A DNA stretch of 64,000 nt from Dehalococcoidia bacterium (lineage in GTDB: Bacteria; Chloroflexota; Dehalococcoidia; Lucifugimonadales; Australimonadaceae): the NCBI GenBank assembly GCA_034421335.1, contig DAOUKL010000102.1, positions 2,292 to 66,291 of the forward strand, written 5' to 3'. The notes under the pieces were generated by a model. The model was given only the letters and a program-made list of their open reading frames with translations. It did not search any database and was not told where the DNA came from. Positions 54,400 through 63,468 of the stretch are shown one piece after another (position 1 is the first letter of the stretch; every line of letters begins with the position of its first letter). Made by a program: the position numbers and the translations under genes.

Positions 54400-54526
54400 A
54401 GGTAACCTCAAAACCTTATGCAGGGAAATCTGGGGAACGCCTGCAAAGGGGGTTGTGATTTCTATCACGTTGTACCACCTGCCCTGCCGCAAAGTCAAGG
54501 AGCGAGGTTGCACTGCACGGCAAGCG

Positions 54527-54562
54527 AAGGCCCGGCGCTCGGGGAGTTGAACGCCGGGCCTT
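54527..54562. terminator. Hairpin downstream of the small HTH gene
   Basis: aaggcccggcg (54527-37) pairs with cgccgggcctt (54552-62). It begins ~30 nt after the minus-strand stop at 54594. Confidence 0.45.
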
Positions 54563-54593
54563 TCCTTGGGCGCCGTTCGAGCGACCTCCCGGG

Positions 54594-54818
54594 TTAGCTT
54601 ACGCGCTTCACCTCGAGGGTCTCGCCGGGGGCGAGGGCCACGCGCCGCACGTTGATGCCCAGCTTGAGCAGCCAGTAGCTGAGGGTGGCCTTCGACACCT
54701 CGAGTTCGGCGGCGGTGGCGGAGAGGCCGTGCTGGTTGATCATCTCCGGCAGCAGCCGCTCCAGCGGTTGGTGGAACTGCTCTTCCACCTGCACCATCAG
54801 ACGAGTCTTTCGCGCCAT
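54594..54818 (-). CDS. Small (74 aa) putative helix-turn-helix DNA-binding protein
   Basis: ...HGLSATAAELEVSKATLSYWLLKLGI... looks HTH-like. It is divergent from the small multidrug export-like gene, with an inverted repeat in its upstream region. Confidence 0.55.
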   Translation of the reverse strand: MARKTRLMVQVEEQFHQPLERLLPEMINQHGLSATAAELEVSKATLSYWLLKLGINVRRVALAPGETLEVKRVS

Positions 54819-54848
54819 GATCGACTCCTTTTCCCTTCTCCAAGTGTT

Positions 54849-54965
54849 AACGCTCGATGCGCTGAGCGTTGTCTCCCTTCTGTGTCGCAGGTATACCGCA
54901 GGCTGTTCATATTGTCAACTTTTCCTATCCGATGCCCTACCCGTTGTTCGGAACTTGTTCAGAAC
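54849..54965. promoter_or_regulatory. Divergent control region with inverted repeat and tandem 9-bp palindromes
   Basis: AACGCTC-N8-GAGCGTT lies at 54849-54870. GTTCGGAAC (54946-54954) and GTTCAGAAC (54957-54965) are 11 bp apart, ending 26 nt before the ATG at 54991. Confidence 0.4.
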
Positions 54966-54990
54966 ACGCCTGCGAGGGGCCTGCCCTGCT

Positions 54991-55503
54991 ATGATGGGCG
55001 GGTCCGACAGCCCTCGCGCACAGGCCCCTGAAACCTTGCCCGACGAACTGATAGTCATCCTGACCGCCATGACGCCCGTGGGCGAACTCCGCGCCGCCGT
55101 GCCTCTGGCGATGCTCACCTACGACATGTGGTGGCTGAAGGCGTTCGCGCTGTCAGTCGCCGGGAACATCGTCTTCACGCCGTTCGTGCTGCTCGGACTC
55201 CACACCGTGGGCGAGCGCATCGAGCGGCAGGAGCACGTCGTGGGACGGCTCCTGCGGTGGCGCACCCGGCGCGTCGAGGAGCAGTGGGGAGAGCGCGTCC
55301 GGCGGTACGGCTTCTTCGCGATTGTGCTGATCGTGGCGATTCCCCTGCCGTTGACGGGCGCTTGGACGGGGACGCTGGTGGTGTGGGCGCTGGGTGAGCC
55401 GGCGCGGCGGGGCCTTCCGGCGATCGCCGTCGGGGTCGTCGTGGCGGGGGCCATCGTCACCGCGATGACGGCCGCCGGGCTGGAATTGGCGCGGCTGTGG
55501 TAG
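54991..55503 (+). CDS. Small multidrug export-like membrane protein (COG2426 / PF06695-like)
   Basis: 170 aa. ...TPVGELRAAVPLAM... and ...IPLPLTGAWTGTLVVWALG..., with 4 hydrophobic segments. Family assigned by recall. Confidence 0.55.
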   Translation: MMGGSDSPRAQAPETLPDELIVILTAMTPVGELRAAVPLAMLTYDMWWLKAFALSVAGNIVFTPFVLLGLHTVGERIERQEHVVGRLLRWRTRRVEEQWGERVRRYGFFAIVLIVAIPLPLTGAWTGTLVVWALGEPARRGLPAIAVGVVVAGAIVTAMTAAGLELARLW

Positions 55504-55604
55504 GCGCCTAACCCGTCTTGCGCCGCCTGCCGTCGCTACCCACGGGCGCGGCCGGAGGGGCGTAGAATCGGACAGGCGTCGCGGTCGCCGGAGAGAGAGG
55601 GGAC

Positions 55605-56111
55605 ATGAGCATGAGAGAAACGGCGCTGGGCCTCTGGGAGCGAACGAAGCGCAATCGCGGGCTGGAGCACGCGACGATCGCGCTGTTGCTTGGCCGCCAT
55701 TCGCAAGGCCGACCGCTGGCCGGCTACTCGATACCGTTCGGGTTCGTGGTGCTGGGCAACCTTGACGCCGGCGACGTGGAGGACGCGGCGCGGGAGGCGC
55801 TGCGCCGCATGCAGGGCGGCGAGGGCGACCTGGCGGTGTCGCCGTTCTGCGGAACGAACATCGTGGTGGGGGCCGGGCTTGCGACGATGGCCGCGGTGGC
55901 GGGCCACCGTCTGGCGGGGGGCGGCCTCAGCGGTCTGAGCCGGGCGTTCTCATGCACGGTGCTCGCGATTACGGCGTCGCGCCCGCTGGGGCGGTTCGTG
56001 CAGCAGCAGTTCACGACGTCGCCGGACGTGGCGGATATGACGATAGGCGGGGTGACCGGCGTCGACCTGGGGAGGTTGTCGGCGCACTGGGTGGCGACGC
56101 GCTTCCGATAA
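55605..56111 (+). CDS. Hypothetical protein (168 aa)
   Basis: AGAGAGAGGGGA lies before the ATG and the composition looks like coding sequence. Contains ...SPFCGTNIVVGAGLA.... No family recognised with confidence. Confidence 0.5.
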   Translation: MSMRETALGLWERTKRNRGLEHATIALLLGRHSQGRPLAGYSIPFGFVVLGNLDAGDVEDAAREALRRMQGGEGDLAVSPFCGTNIVVGAGLATMAAVAGHRLAGGGLSGLSRAFSCTVLAITASRPLGRFVQQQFTTSPDVADMTIGGVTGVDLGRLSAHWVATRFR

Positions 56112-56157
56112 GCGCGGGCCCTCTCCCCATCCCTCCCCCACGGGGGCAAGGGTTGTC

Positions 56158-56186
56158 CCACCCTCCCACAGGAGTGGGGAGAGGTC
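56158..56186. repeat. Hairpin repeat CCCTCCC(C)ACAGGAGTGGGGAG(G/A)GGTC (second copy at 29616-29643)
   Basis: Near-identical ~28-nt copies lie at 29616-29643 and 56158-56186. Confidence 0.8.
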
Positions 56187-56207
56187 TGGTGCGCGACAGC
56201 GCGCCGC

Positions 56208-56990
56208 TCACCGGCCGGTGAACGCGGGCTTGCGCTTCTCGACGAAGGCGACGTGGCCTTCGCGACGGTCCTCGGTGAGGGCCAGGAGCGCGGAGCAGCG
56301 CTGCTCGTACTGGATGCCGGTATCGACGTCCACGTCCATGGCGACGTTCACCGCGTTCTTGATGGCGGCAAGCGAGAGCGGGGGGAGTTCGAGGAGACGC
56401 CCGGCCCAGGCGCGCGCCTCGTCCATGAGCGCGTCGGGCGGCGCGACCTCGTTGACAAGCCCCCAGTTGAGGGCGGTGGGCGCGTCGACGAACTTCCCGA
56501 AGAGCATCATCTCCTTGGCGCGAGCGGGCCCGACAAGGCGCGGGAGCCGCTGGGTGCCGCCGGCGCCCGGGAGGATGCCGAGCGTGAGCTCCGGAAGGGC
56601 CATGCGCGCCTCGGCGCCGGCGATGCGGAGATCGCAGGCCATGGCGAGCTCGAGTCCTCCGCCGGCGGCGACGCCGTTGACGGCGGCGATGCTGACCTGG
56701 TTGAGCCGTTCGAGTCGGCGGAAGGTGGGGGAGATCACCGACGAGGTGCGGGCGAACGAGAGGTCGTCGATGTTCTCGGTGCGCTCCTTGATGTCGGCGC
56801 CGGCGCAGAAGGCGCGCCCCGCCCCAGTTACGATGAGCACGCGGACGGAGTCGTTGGTTTCGAGGTCGGTGATGAGCTGCTGGAGTTCGGCGGCGAGTTC
56901 GCGGCTGATGGCGTTGAGGCGCTCCTGGCGGTCGAGCGTGAGGACGCCGAGAGGGCCGTCGACGTCGAAGCGGATGGTGTTGAAGGTCAT
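56208..56990 (-). CDS. Enoyl-CoA hydratase/isomerase (crotonase) family protein
   Basis: 260 aa. VLTLDRQERLNA, GAGRAFCAGADI, AAVNGVAAGGGLELAMACD and PGAGGTQRLPRLVG. Confidence 0.9.
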   Translation of the reverse strand: MTFNTIRFDVDGPLGVLTLDRQERLNAISRELAAELQQLITDLETNDSVRVLIVTGAGRAFCAGADIKERTENIDDLSFARTSSVISPTFRRLERLNQVSIAAVNGVAAGGGLELAMACDLRIAGAEARMALPELTLGILPGAGGTQRLPRLVGPARAKEMMLFGKFVDAPTALNWGLVNEVAPPDALMDEARAWAGRLLELPPLSLAAIKNAVNVAMDVDVDTGIQYEQRCSALLALTEDRREGHVAFVEKRKPAFTGR

Positions 56991-57052
56991 GGCGCGTTCC
57001 TTTTGCGTATAGTTAGTATTGCGGGCGGCGTCGATGGCGCAATCGAGACCGG

Positions 57053-57082
57053 TTGACCGCCTTTGCCGAGCCCCACTATATT
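57053..57082 (+). promoter_or_regulatory. Sigma-70-like promoter for tRNA-Arg (TTGACC-N18-TATATT)
   Basis: -35 at 57053-57058 and -10 at 57077-57082. The mature tRNA 5' end is 9 nt downstream. Confidence 0.55.
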
Positions 57083-57090
57083 CGAAAGAC

Positions 57091-57167
57091 GCCCCAGTAG
57101 CTCAGGTGGATAGAGCGGCTGCCTTCTAAGCAGCGGGTCACGGGTTCGAATCCTGTCTGGGGCGCCA
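57091..57167 (+). tRNA. tRNA-Arg (anticodon TCT), CCA encoded
   Basis: Manual cloverleaf. Acceptor GCCCCAG/CTGGGGC, D arm GCTC..GAGC, anticodon stem GCTGC/GCAGC with loop CTTCTAA, T arm ACGGG-TTCGAAT-CCTGT, discriminator G plus CCA. Confidence 0.9.
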
Positions 57168-57350
57168 CATCCTGCTGATCTCCATAACCCATCGGTGCAA
57201 GGCTTCCCGGGCGCGGGTTGCTGATGCGTTCCGGCTCCTGTGTCCGCCGGGGGGAGCAATGTAGAATGTAGCGCGTGTGAACGGCGACCATCGCGCGCAA
57301 CGCCCGAGCCGTCGAGGTTCGGGCGTTTACGTTTGGCGCAGGAGGACAAG

Positions 57351-58058
57351 TTGACGAGCATCATCGAGGCGCGGAGCGTGGTGAAGACCTACCGGACAGG
57401 CGAGATAGAAGTGCGCGCCCTGCAGGGGATCGACCTGTCCATAGGCAGGGGACAGATGGTCGCGGTGATGGGGCCCTCCGGGTCCGGCAAGACCACGCTG
57501 CTCAACACGTTCTCCGGCATAGACGACGTCACGAGCGGAGAGGTCGTCATCGACGGGGCGTCCGTGCACGAGATGTCGGACAGGGAACGCACCCGGTTCC
57601 GCGCGATGAGCATGGGGTTCGTGTTCCAGGCCTACAACCTGCTGCCGGTGCTCACCGGAGCGGAGAACGTGGAGTTGCCCCTGCTGCTCGCGGGCCACGG
57701 TCAGGCGAAGTCCCGCGCCCGCGCGCTGGAGGTGCTGGAGATGGTGGAGCTCGCGGACCAGGCGAACAAGCGTCCGGCGGAGATGTCCGGCGGCCAGCAG
57801 CAGCGCATCACCATAGCCCGAGCGCTCGTGAACGACCCCGCCATCGTGTGGGCGGACGAACCGACCGGCGCGCTGGACAGTGAAACCGGCACGCACATCA
57901 TGGACCTGCTCTGCCGCCTCAACAAGGAGCGCGAGCAGACGTTCGTGCTCGTCACTCACGACCCGGTCGTGGGCTCCCGTGCGGGGCGCATGGTGCGGAT
58001 GCGCGACGGCCACATCGAGAGCGACGACATGGTTTCGACCGACGGGAAGGCGAACTGA
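57351..58058 (+). CDS. ABC transporter ATP-binding protein (MacB/LolD-type)
   Basis: TTG start with AGGAGGA upstream. Walker [10 protein letters not shown], signature [15 protein letters not shown], Walker [12 protein letters not shown]. Confidence 0.9.
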   Translation: MTSIIEARSVVKTYRTGEIEVRALQGIDLSIGRGQMVAVMGPSGSGKTTLLNTFSGIDDVTSGEVVIDGASVHEMSDRERTRFRAMSMGFVFQAYNLLPVLTGAENVELPLLLAGHGQAKSRARALEVLEMVELADQANKRPAEMSGGQQQRITIARALVNDPAIVWADEPTGALDSETGTHIMDLLCRLNKEREQTFVLVTHDPVVGSRAGRMVRMRDGHIESDDMVSTDGKAN

Positions 58059-58060
58059 CG

Positions 58061-61000
58061 ATGGAGACGCTTTTCGGCATACCCATCGGCGCGCTGACGG
58101 TCGCGCTCACTATCGTGTTCCTCATCGCCGTGGGGATAACGGCCTACTTCGCCCTTCGGAACCCGGTGGTGCTGAAGATGGCGGTGCGGAACATCCCCCG
58201 GCGGCGCGCGCAGACCGTGCTCATCGTCGTCGGTCTCATGCTGGCGACGCTTCTCTTCTCGGCATCATTCGCCACCGGCGACACGCTCTCGCACTCGGTG
58301 CGCGTGCTCGTGGTCAAGCAGCTGGGGCAGCTCGACGAGACCGTCTTTTCTGAAGAGCGGGATGCGTCCGGCGTACGGGCGTTCATCCCCGCGGAAACCG
58401 CGGACGCCGTGCGTGCGGCGCTCGCCGGCGCTCCTGTCGACGGCGTGATGCCGGTGATCAGCCGGTCGGCGCCCGCCATATCGCTCGCGTCAGAGCGCAA
58501 CGTGCCGAGGCTGCAGGTGCAGGGACTCGACCCTGCGCACACGGACGGCTTCGGGCGCTATCTCGATGCGGACGGCAATGAACTCGACCTGGGGGCGCTC
58601 GGAAAGAACGAGCTGTACCTGAGCGCCGATGTCGCCGAGGACCTGCGCGCCGAGCCCGGCGATCAACTCGCGCTCTTCTTCGAGGAGATACCGGCAACGG
58701 TGAGCGTCGCGGGCATCTTCGACGAGGGCGGGGCCACCAGTTCACCCTCCCCGTTGTCGGTGATGCGCTTGGGCGACATGCAGGCGCTGCTCGGCGAGCA
58801 GGGGAACATCAACTTCGTCTTCATCTCGAACGAGGGCGGCGCCATCTCCGGCGCGCGGCACACGGAAGTGGTGCTGGACGCCTTCGAGGACCTCCGCGAC
58901 GAGCGCGGGCTGGACTACAACGACGTCAAGCGGGACGGCCTCGAACAGGCCGACCAAACGGGCGACCAGTTCGCGAGCATCTTCCTGCTGTTCGGGACGT
59001 TCTCCATCATGGCCGGCATCCTGCTCATCGCGCTCATCTTCGTCATGCTTGCGGCGGAGCGGAAGCGCGAGTTGGGCATCTCGCGGGCAGTGGGCGCACA
59101 GCGCGGCGACATCGTACGGCTGTTCACGTTCGAGGGAGCGGTCTACTCGCTCGCCGCGGCTGCGGTGGCAGCGTGTTGGGCATCGTTATCGGTCTCGTCA
59201 TGGTGCGCATCATATCTGCCGCGTTGGGCGGGATAGACGAGTTCGACGGCTTCGAGATCGTGTTCGCGTTCCGGTGGCGGAGCCTGCTGCTGGCGTACAC
59301 GCTGGGGATGGTGGTCACGTACCTCGTGGTGATCGTCTCGGCTGCGCGAGTAAGCGCCTTGAACATCGTGCGCGCCGTGCGCGATATCCCGGAACCGCCC
59401 GGCGAGGGACGCCGGCTCCGGGAGTCGTGGAGTGCGGTCGGCGCCGCCTACATGGACGGCCTGCGGGCGATACTGCGCCTGCGTCCGCTCCGCGTGCTGC
59501 AGCAGCTGTTGCTCAGTGGGCCGTGCGCCATCGTGAAACTGGCGTGGGCGCTGTTCATCGCCGGCTATCTCATGGTTGCGCTCGGCATCCTGTTGACGCT
59601 GAACGGCGTCTCGACGGAGCAGTTGGGACTCTTCTCCGTCGGCCTGTCGCTCGTGGTGGTTGGCGCGCCGCTCGTGCTCAACCATGCTGCGCGCCTGCCG
59701 GAGCGCATCGCGTACACGGCCGCCGGCGTGGTCCTCGTGCTGCTCTGGCTCATTCCCATCGACTGGGAAGACTTCGGGTTGCCCCAGTTCAACGAAGGGA
59801 TAGAGCTGTTCATCCTCTCCGGCATAACACTCGTGGTCGGCGCCGTATGGGTTGTGATGTACAACTCCGGGTACCTGGTCAGCGCGATATCCGTCCTTGG
59901 AGGGAGGGGACGTACGCTCGCGCCTATCATCCGGACCGCGCTGGCGTACCCGATGGCGAGCCGCTTCCGCACGGGAATGACCCTCGCCATGTTCTCGCTC
60001 GTCATCTTCACACTGTCGATCATCGGCTTCATCGACGCCGCCTTCAACAGTGCATTCGACAACACCCGGAGGTTCTCCGGCGGTTTCGATGTCACCGTCA
60101 ACGCCAGCTTCACCAACCCCGTCGGTGACCTCGGTGCGCGCATCGACCAGTCCCCGGCGCTCGACGCTGCCGAGTTCACGGCCATCGGCGCAACGAGCGG
60201 GCTCCCAGTGCTGATCCGGCAACAGGACACCGAGCAGGACCTGCAGGACTGGTTCGTCACGAGCGTGGACCCCGCCTACGCAGAGGCGGTCGGCTACGAG
60301 TTCCTCATGAGGGACGAGCGGTACGCCGACGCCCGCGCCGTCTGGCGCGCGCTGGCCGCGGGAGAGGAGGTCGCGGTCGTCAGCGCCGCAATGGTCCCGG
60401 CCGCGTCCGATTTCCAGCAGGGCGGCCCGGACTTCTCGTTCCAGCTGGAGGGCTTCCAGCGCGAGGACGACGTGCTGCCGGAGGTGTACGTGGAGGTGTA
60501 CGACTCCTCCGAGGAGCGGATGGTGCGCCTGCGTGTCATAGGCGTGCTGGAAGAGTCGGCGTTCTTCGCCAACACGGTTACTACCGGGCACGAGGTGCTG
60601 CAGCGGCTTGCGCCGGTGGACCTGCCGTACGTGGGCTACGAGATCGTGCTGAACGACCCGTCGCGCGCAGAGGAGGTCGCCGTGGCGCTGGAAGAGGAGT
60701 TCGAGGAGCACGGCGTGCAGGCGTCCTCGCTCGAGAAGATCGTGCGGGACCTCACTGCGCTGAACCGCACGTTCAACCGCCTCATCCAAGGCTTCATGGG
60801 CCTTGGCCTGGTGGTGGGCATCGCGGCGCTGGGCGTCATCGCGGCGCGCTCCGTCGTGGAACGGCGCGTGCAGATAGGCATACTGCGCGCCATCGGCTAC
60901 CGCAGCGGCATGGTGCAGCTCTCCTTCCTGATCGAGTCCTCGTTCATCGCACTGCTGGGCATCGCCGTTGGGCTGGGACTGGGGTTCGGGCTATCCGCCG

Positions 61001-61173
61001 GCATAATCCGTGAGGTAGGCCAGAGCTTCGAAGGCGTCGCGTACGCCGTCCCGTGGGAGACGATCATCCTCGTGGTGGTCGTCGCATACGGCGCGTCCCT
61101 CCTGACGACGTACCTGCCGGCACGGCAGGCGTCGCGCATCTACCCGGCGGAAGCCCTGCGCTACGACGAATAG
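58061..61173 (+). pseudogene. Large FtsX/MacB-type ABC permease (two FtsX domains), interrupted by an apparent 1-nt frameshift at ~59165-59172
   Basis: ORF 58061-59236 ends ...FEGAVYSLAAAAVAACWASLS. ORF 59173-61173 continues (G)SVLGIVIGLVMVRII..., the normal continuation of an FtsX TM helix. The junction gtggcagc would read V-G-S with one extra G. Confidence 0.7.
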
Positions 61174-61239
61174 GCGGACCTCTCGAGGCCGCGCGCGCCG
61201 TCTCTCCCCAATCCTCCCCTGTCTTCGGGGGAGAGGAAA

Positions 61240-62481
61240 TCAACCGTGGCCTTTCGCCAGTGTCTCCTTGGCGGCGAAGGCGAGCAGGAGACCGGCGATG
61301 AGCAGGATGGGGGCGTAGGCCAGGAACGGCGCGGAGGGGCTGACGCTGTTGACGAGGATGCCCCCGAAGAGCGGCGCGCCGACGCCTCCCACCTCCGCGG
61401 CGGTGCGCCGGAACGCCTGAAGCCGGCCTCGCACGTGGGAGGGCAGGACGTCGTACGTGCTTGCGGCCAGCGACCCAAGGGAGAGTCCGTTCGCGACGGC
61501 CATGAGGCCGACGAGCAGCGTGAGCTGCAGGAAGTCATCGGCGAAGGGCACGAGCAGGAAGGCGACGCCGGGGAGGAACGTGCTCGGCACGGTCCCCCAC
61601 TTGCGCCCGAGCTTGTCGAGCACGAACCCGGCGGGAAGAATCATCGCGAAGACGACGGCGCCGGAGAGCGAGAAGAGGGCGCCTATCTGCGTGGCCGAGA
61701 GCCCCAGTTGCGCGTCGGCGTAGAGGGGCATGACGCTCTGGAGCGTGATGCGGAACGTGAACCCGGCAAACGTGGCGAAGACGAACACCCAGTAGGTGAC
61801 GCGCAGGCCCGGCTGGATCTCCTTGAACAGGTCGACGAGGTCGCGGAGGCGGCTTGCGAGGGTGCGGCGCCCGCTCGGCGCGGCCCCGGCGTTGGACGAC
61901 GGCGGACGCTGCGGGCTCGTGTCGTGCGCGAACATGCCGAGGGCGACGGCGAGCGTCGTTACGGCGGCGAACCCGCCGAAGGTGGCGCGAAAGCCGAACG
62001 AGTCGGCGAGAAGTCCGCCGGCGAGCGGGCCGATGGCGAGGGCGCCGGAGTGCATGCCGTGGAAGCCGCTGAGCACGCGGCCCCGCTGGTCGTTCCTGAC
62101 GAGGTCGATGCCGGCGATCTCGCGTCCCAGCGCCCAGAGGCTGTCGCCGACGCCGACGAGGAACCCTGCCGCGAGGATGGGCCAGAAGAACGGCGTAACG
62201 ACGCCGACGAGGGCGCCGGCGACGACGAGCGCGGGTCCGCCGACGAGCATCTTGCGGGAGCCGAAGCGGTCGATGAGCACACCCGCGCCGGGTATGCCGA
62301 AGAAGCGTCCGAGGGCGTAGGCGGTGATGACCTGGGCGGCGGCGCCGGGCGAGACGCCGAAGCGGTCGGCCAGGGCCGGAGTGATGGGGAGGACCATCGC
62401 CCATCCGGCGCCGGAGATGAGCGTGCCGGTGTACAGGTTGGCGAGTCCCCGCGCCGCGCGGTTGCGGAGAAGGCTCTGCAC
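61240..62481 (-). CDS. MFS transporter
   Basis: 413 aa with a GTG start and 12 hydrophobic segments. The loop motif is LIDRFGSRKMLVGG. Confidence 0.85.
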   Translation of the reverse strand: MQSLLRNRAARGLANLYTGTLISGAGWAMVLPITPALADRFGVSPGAAAQVITAYALGRFFGIPGAGVLIDRFGSRKMLVGGPALVVAGALVGVVTPFFWPILAAGFLVGVGDSLWALGREIAGIDLVRNDQRGRVLSGFHGMHSGALAIGPLAGGLLADSFGFRATFGGFAAVTTLAVALGMFAHDTSPQRPPSSNAGAAPSGRRTLASRLRDLVDLFKEIQPGLRVTYWVFVFATFAGFTFRITLQSVMPLYADAQLGLSATQIGALFSLSGAVVFAMILPAGFVLDKLGRKWGTVPSTFLPGVAFLLVPFADDFLQLTLLVGLMAVANGLSLGSLAASTYDVLPSHVRGRLQAFRRTAAEVGGVGAPLFGGILVNSVSPSAPFLAYAPILLIAGLLLAFAAKETLAKGHG

Positions 62482-62490
62482 CCTACCCTT

Positions 62491-62568
62491 CCCCTCTCTG
62501 CCCGCTGCGCGGGCATCTCCCCCACGGGGGGAGAGGGGGATGGATTCCCGCCTTCGCGGAAACGACGG
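62491..62568. repeat. Composite array of three hairpin modules
   Basis: tgcccgctgcgcgggca (62499-62515), tctccccc-acg-gggggaga (62516-62534) and ggatggattcccgccttcgcggaaacgacgg (62538-62568). Confidence 0.85.
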
Positions 62569-62610
62569 AGGGGCGCCCTCTCCGCCCCCTCGGGCGTCTC
62601 CCCCACGCCA

Positions 62611-63249
62611 CTAGGCGGGGGCTCCGATCATGGAGGCGGTCTCGGCGGCGGTGCGAACCCTCGCCATGAAGGGAAAGATGCGGGTCATCAGCTGGTCGTG
62701 GTTGTCCTGGTTCCCGGCGCGGCAGGCGTCGCTGACGATGACGAGGTTGAAGTCGAGGTCGCGCGCGGCGAAGGCGGTGGAGACGATGCCGACGTCGGTG
62801 GCGCCGCCACAGAGGATGACGGTGTCGATGCCGCGGGTGCGGAGGCTGAGTTCGAGGTGCGTCGCGTGGAAGGCGCTCCAGCGGTGCTTGGCGATGAAGT
62901 AGTCATGCGGTTGGGGGTCGAGCTCCGGGATGACCTGAGAACTCCAGTCGTCAGCGTGGACGTTGAGGTAGGGCCGGAAGGGCCGATCCTCGGGGTTGGG
63001 CCAGGGGTTGCCGCGGACGTCGGTGTCGTTGTAGAGACGGGCCGAGTCGAGGCCGTCGTGGCGGTGGTCGGCGCGGGCGAAGAAGACGGGGATGCCCGCC
63101 TCGCGGGCGGCGGTCATCACCGTGCGGCAGTTCTCGACCATCGGCTTGGCGGCCTCCCACTCCTCCTCCGTTCCGGCGTGGAAGTAGGCGTTGAGCATGT
63201 CGAAGAAGAGGAGCGCGGACGTTGCGGGGTCGATCGAGGCGTAGCTCAT
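62611..63249 (-). CDS. Isochorismatase-family cysteine hydrolase
   Basis: 212 aa starting at MSYASIDP. ALLFFDMLN, ...KHRWSAF... and ...VILCGGATDVGIVSTA... give the D-K-C triad context. Confidence 0.8.
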   Translation of the reverse strand: MSYASIDPATSALLFFDMLNAYFHAGTEEEWEAAKPMVENCRTVMTAAREAGIPVFFARADHRHDGLDSARLYNDTDVRGNPWPNPEDRPFRPYLNVHADDWSSQVIPELDPQPHDYFIAKHRWSAFHATHLELSLRTRGIDTVILCGGATDVGIVSTAFAARDLDFNLVIVSDACRAGNQDNHDQLMTRIFPFMARVRTAAETASMIGAPA

Positions 63250-63291
63250 AGCGCGTTCTCCCAGCGATGTTTGCAACAGCCTTCTCGCCAG

Positions 63292-63449
63292 CCCTCCCCC
63301 GCGGGGAGAGGGAGGCGGATGGATTCCCGCCTTCGCGGGCGACGGAGCGGCCCTCTCTGCCCTGCGGGCATCTCCCCCTCAGGGGGAGACAGGGGTGCGC
63401 GCTTCGCGCGTAAACCCTCACCCCGGCCCTCCCCCGTCTTCGGGGGAGG
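63292..63449. repeat. Intergenic region composed almost entirely of 5-6 consecutive hairpin modules
   Basis: ccctccccc-gc-ggggagaggg (63292-63312), ggatggattcccgccttcgcgggcgacgg (63317-63345), tgccctgcgggca (63358-70), tctccccc-tca-gggggaga (63371-89), gcgcgc-ttc-gcgcg (~63396-63412) and cctccccc-gtcttc-gggggagg (63428-63449). Confidence 0.85.
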
Positions 63450-63468
63450 AAGGCGGATGCCGGTTCAC

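Noticed and set aside
54946-54965. Possible LexA/SOS (Cheo) box, because of GAAC/GTTC half-sites.
   Set aside because: The GAAC...GTTC spacing here is 2 nt, not the 4 nt of CGAACNNNNGTTCG. No SOS-type gene is downstream.
57168-57350. Genomic island integrated at the tRNA-Arg 3' end.
   Set aside because: No duplicated tRNA 3' segment, integrase or compositional shift follows the tRNA. The next genes are an ordinary ABC exporter of typical GC.
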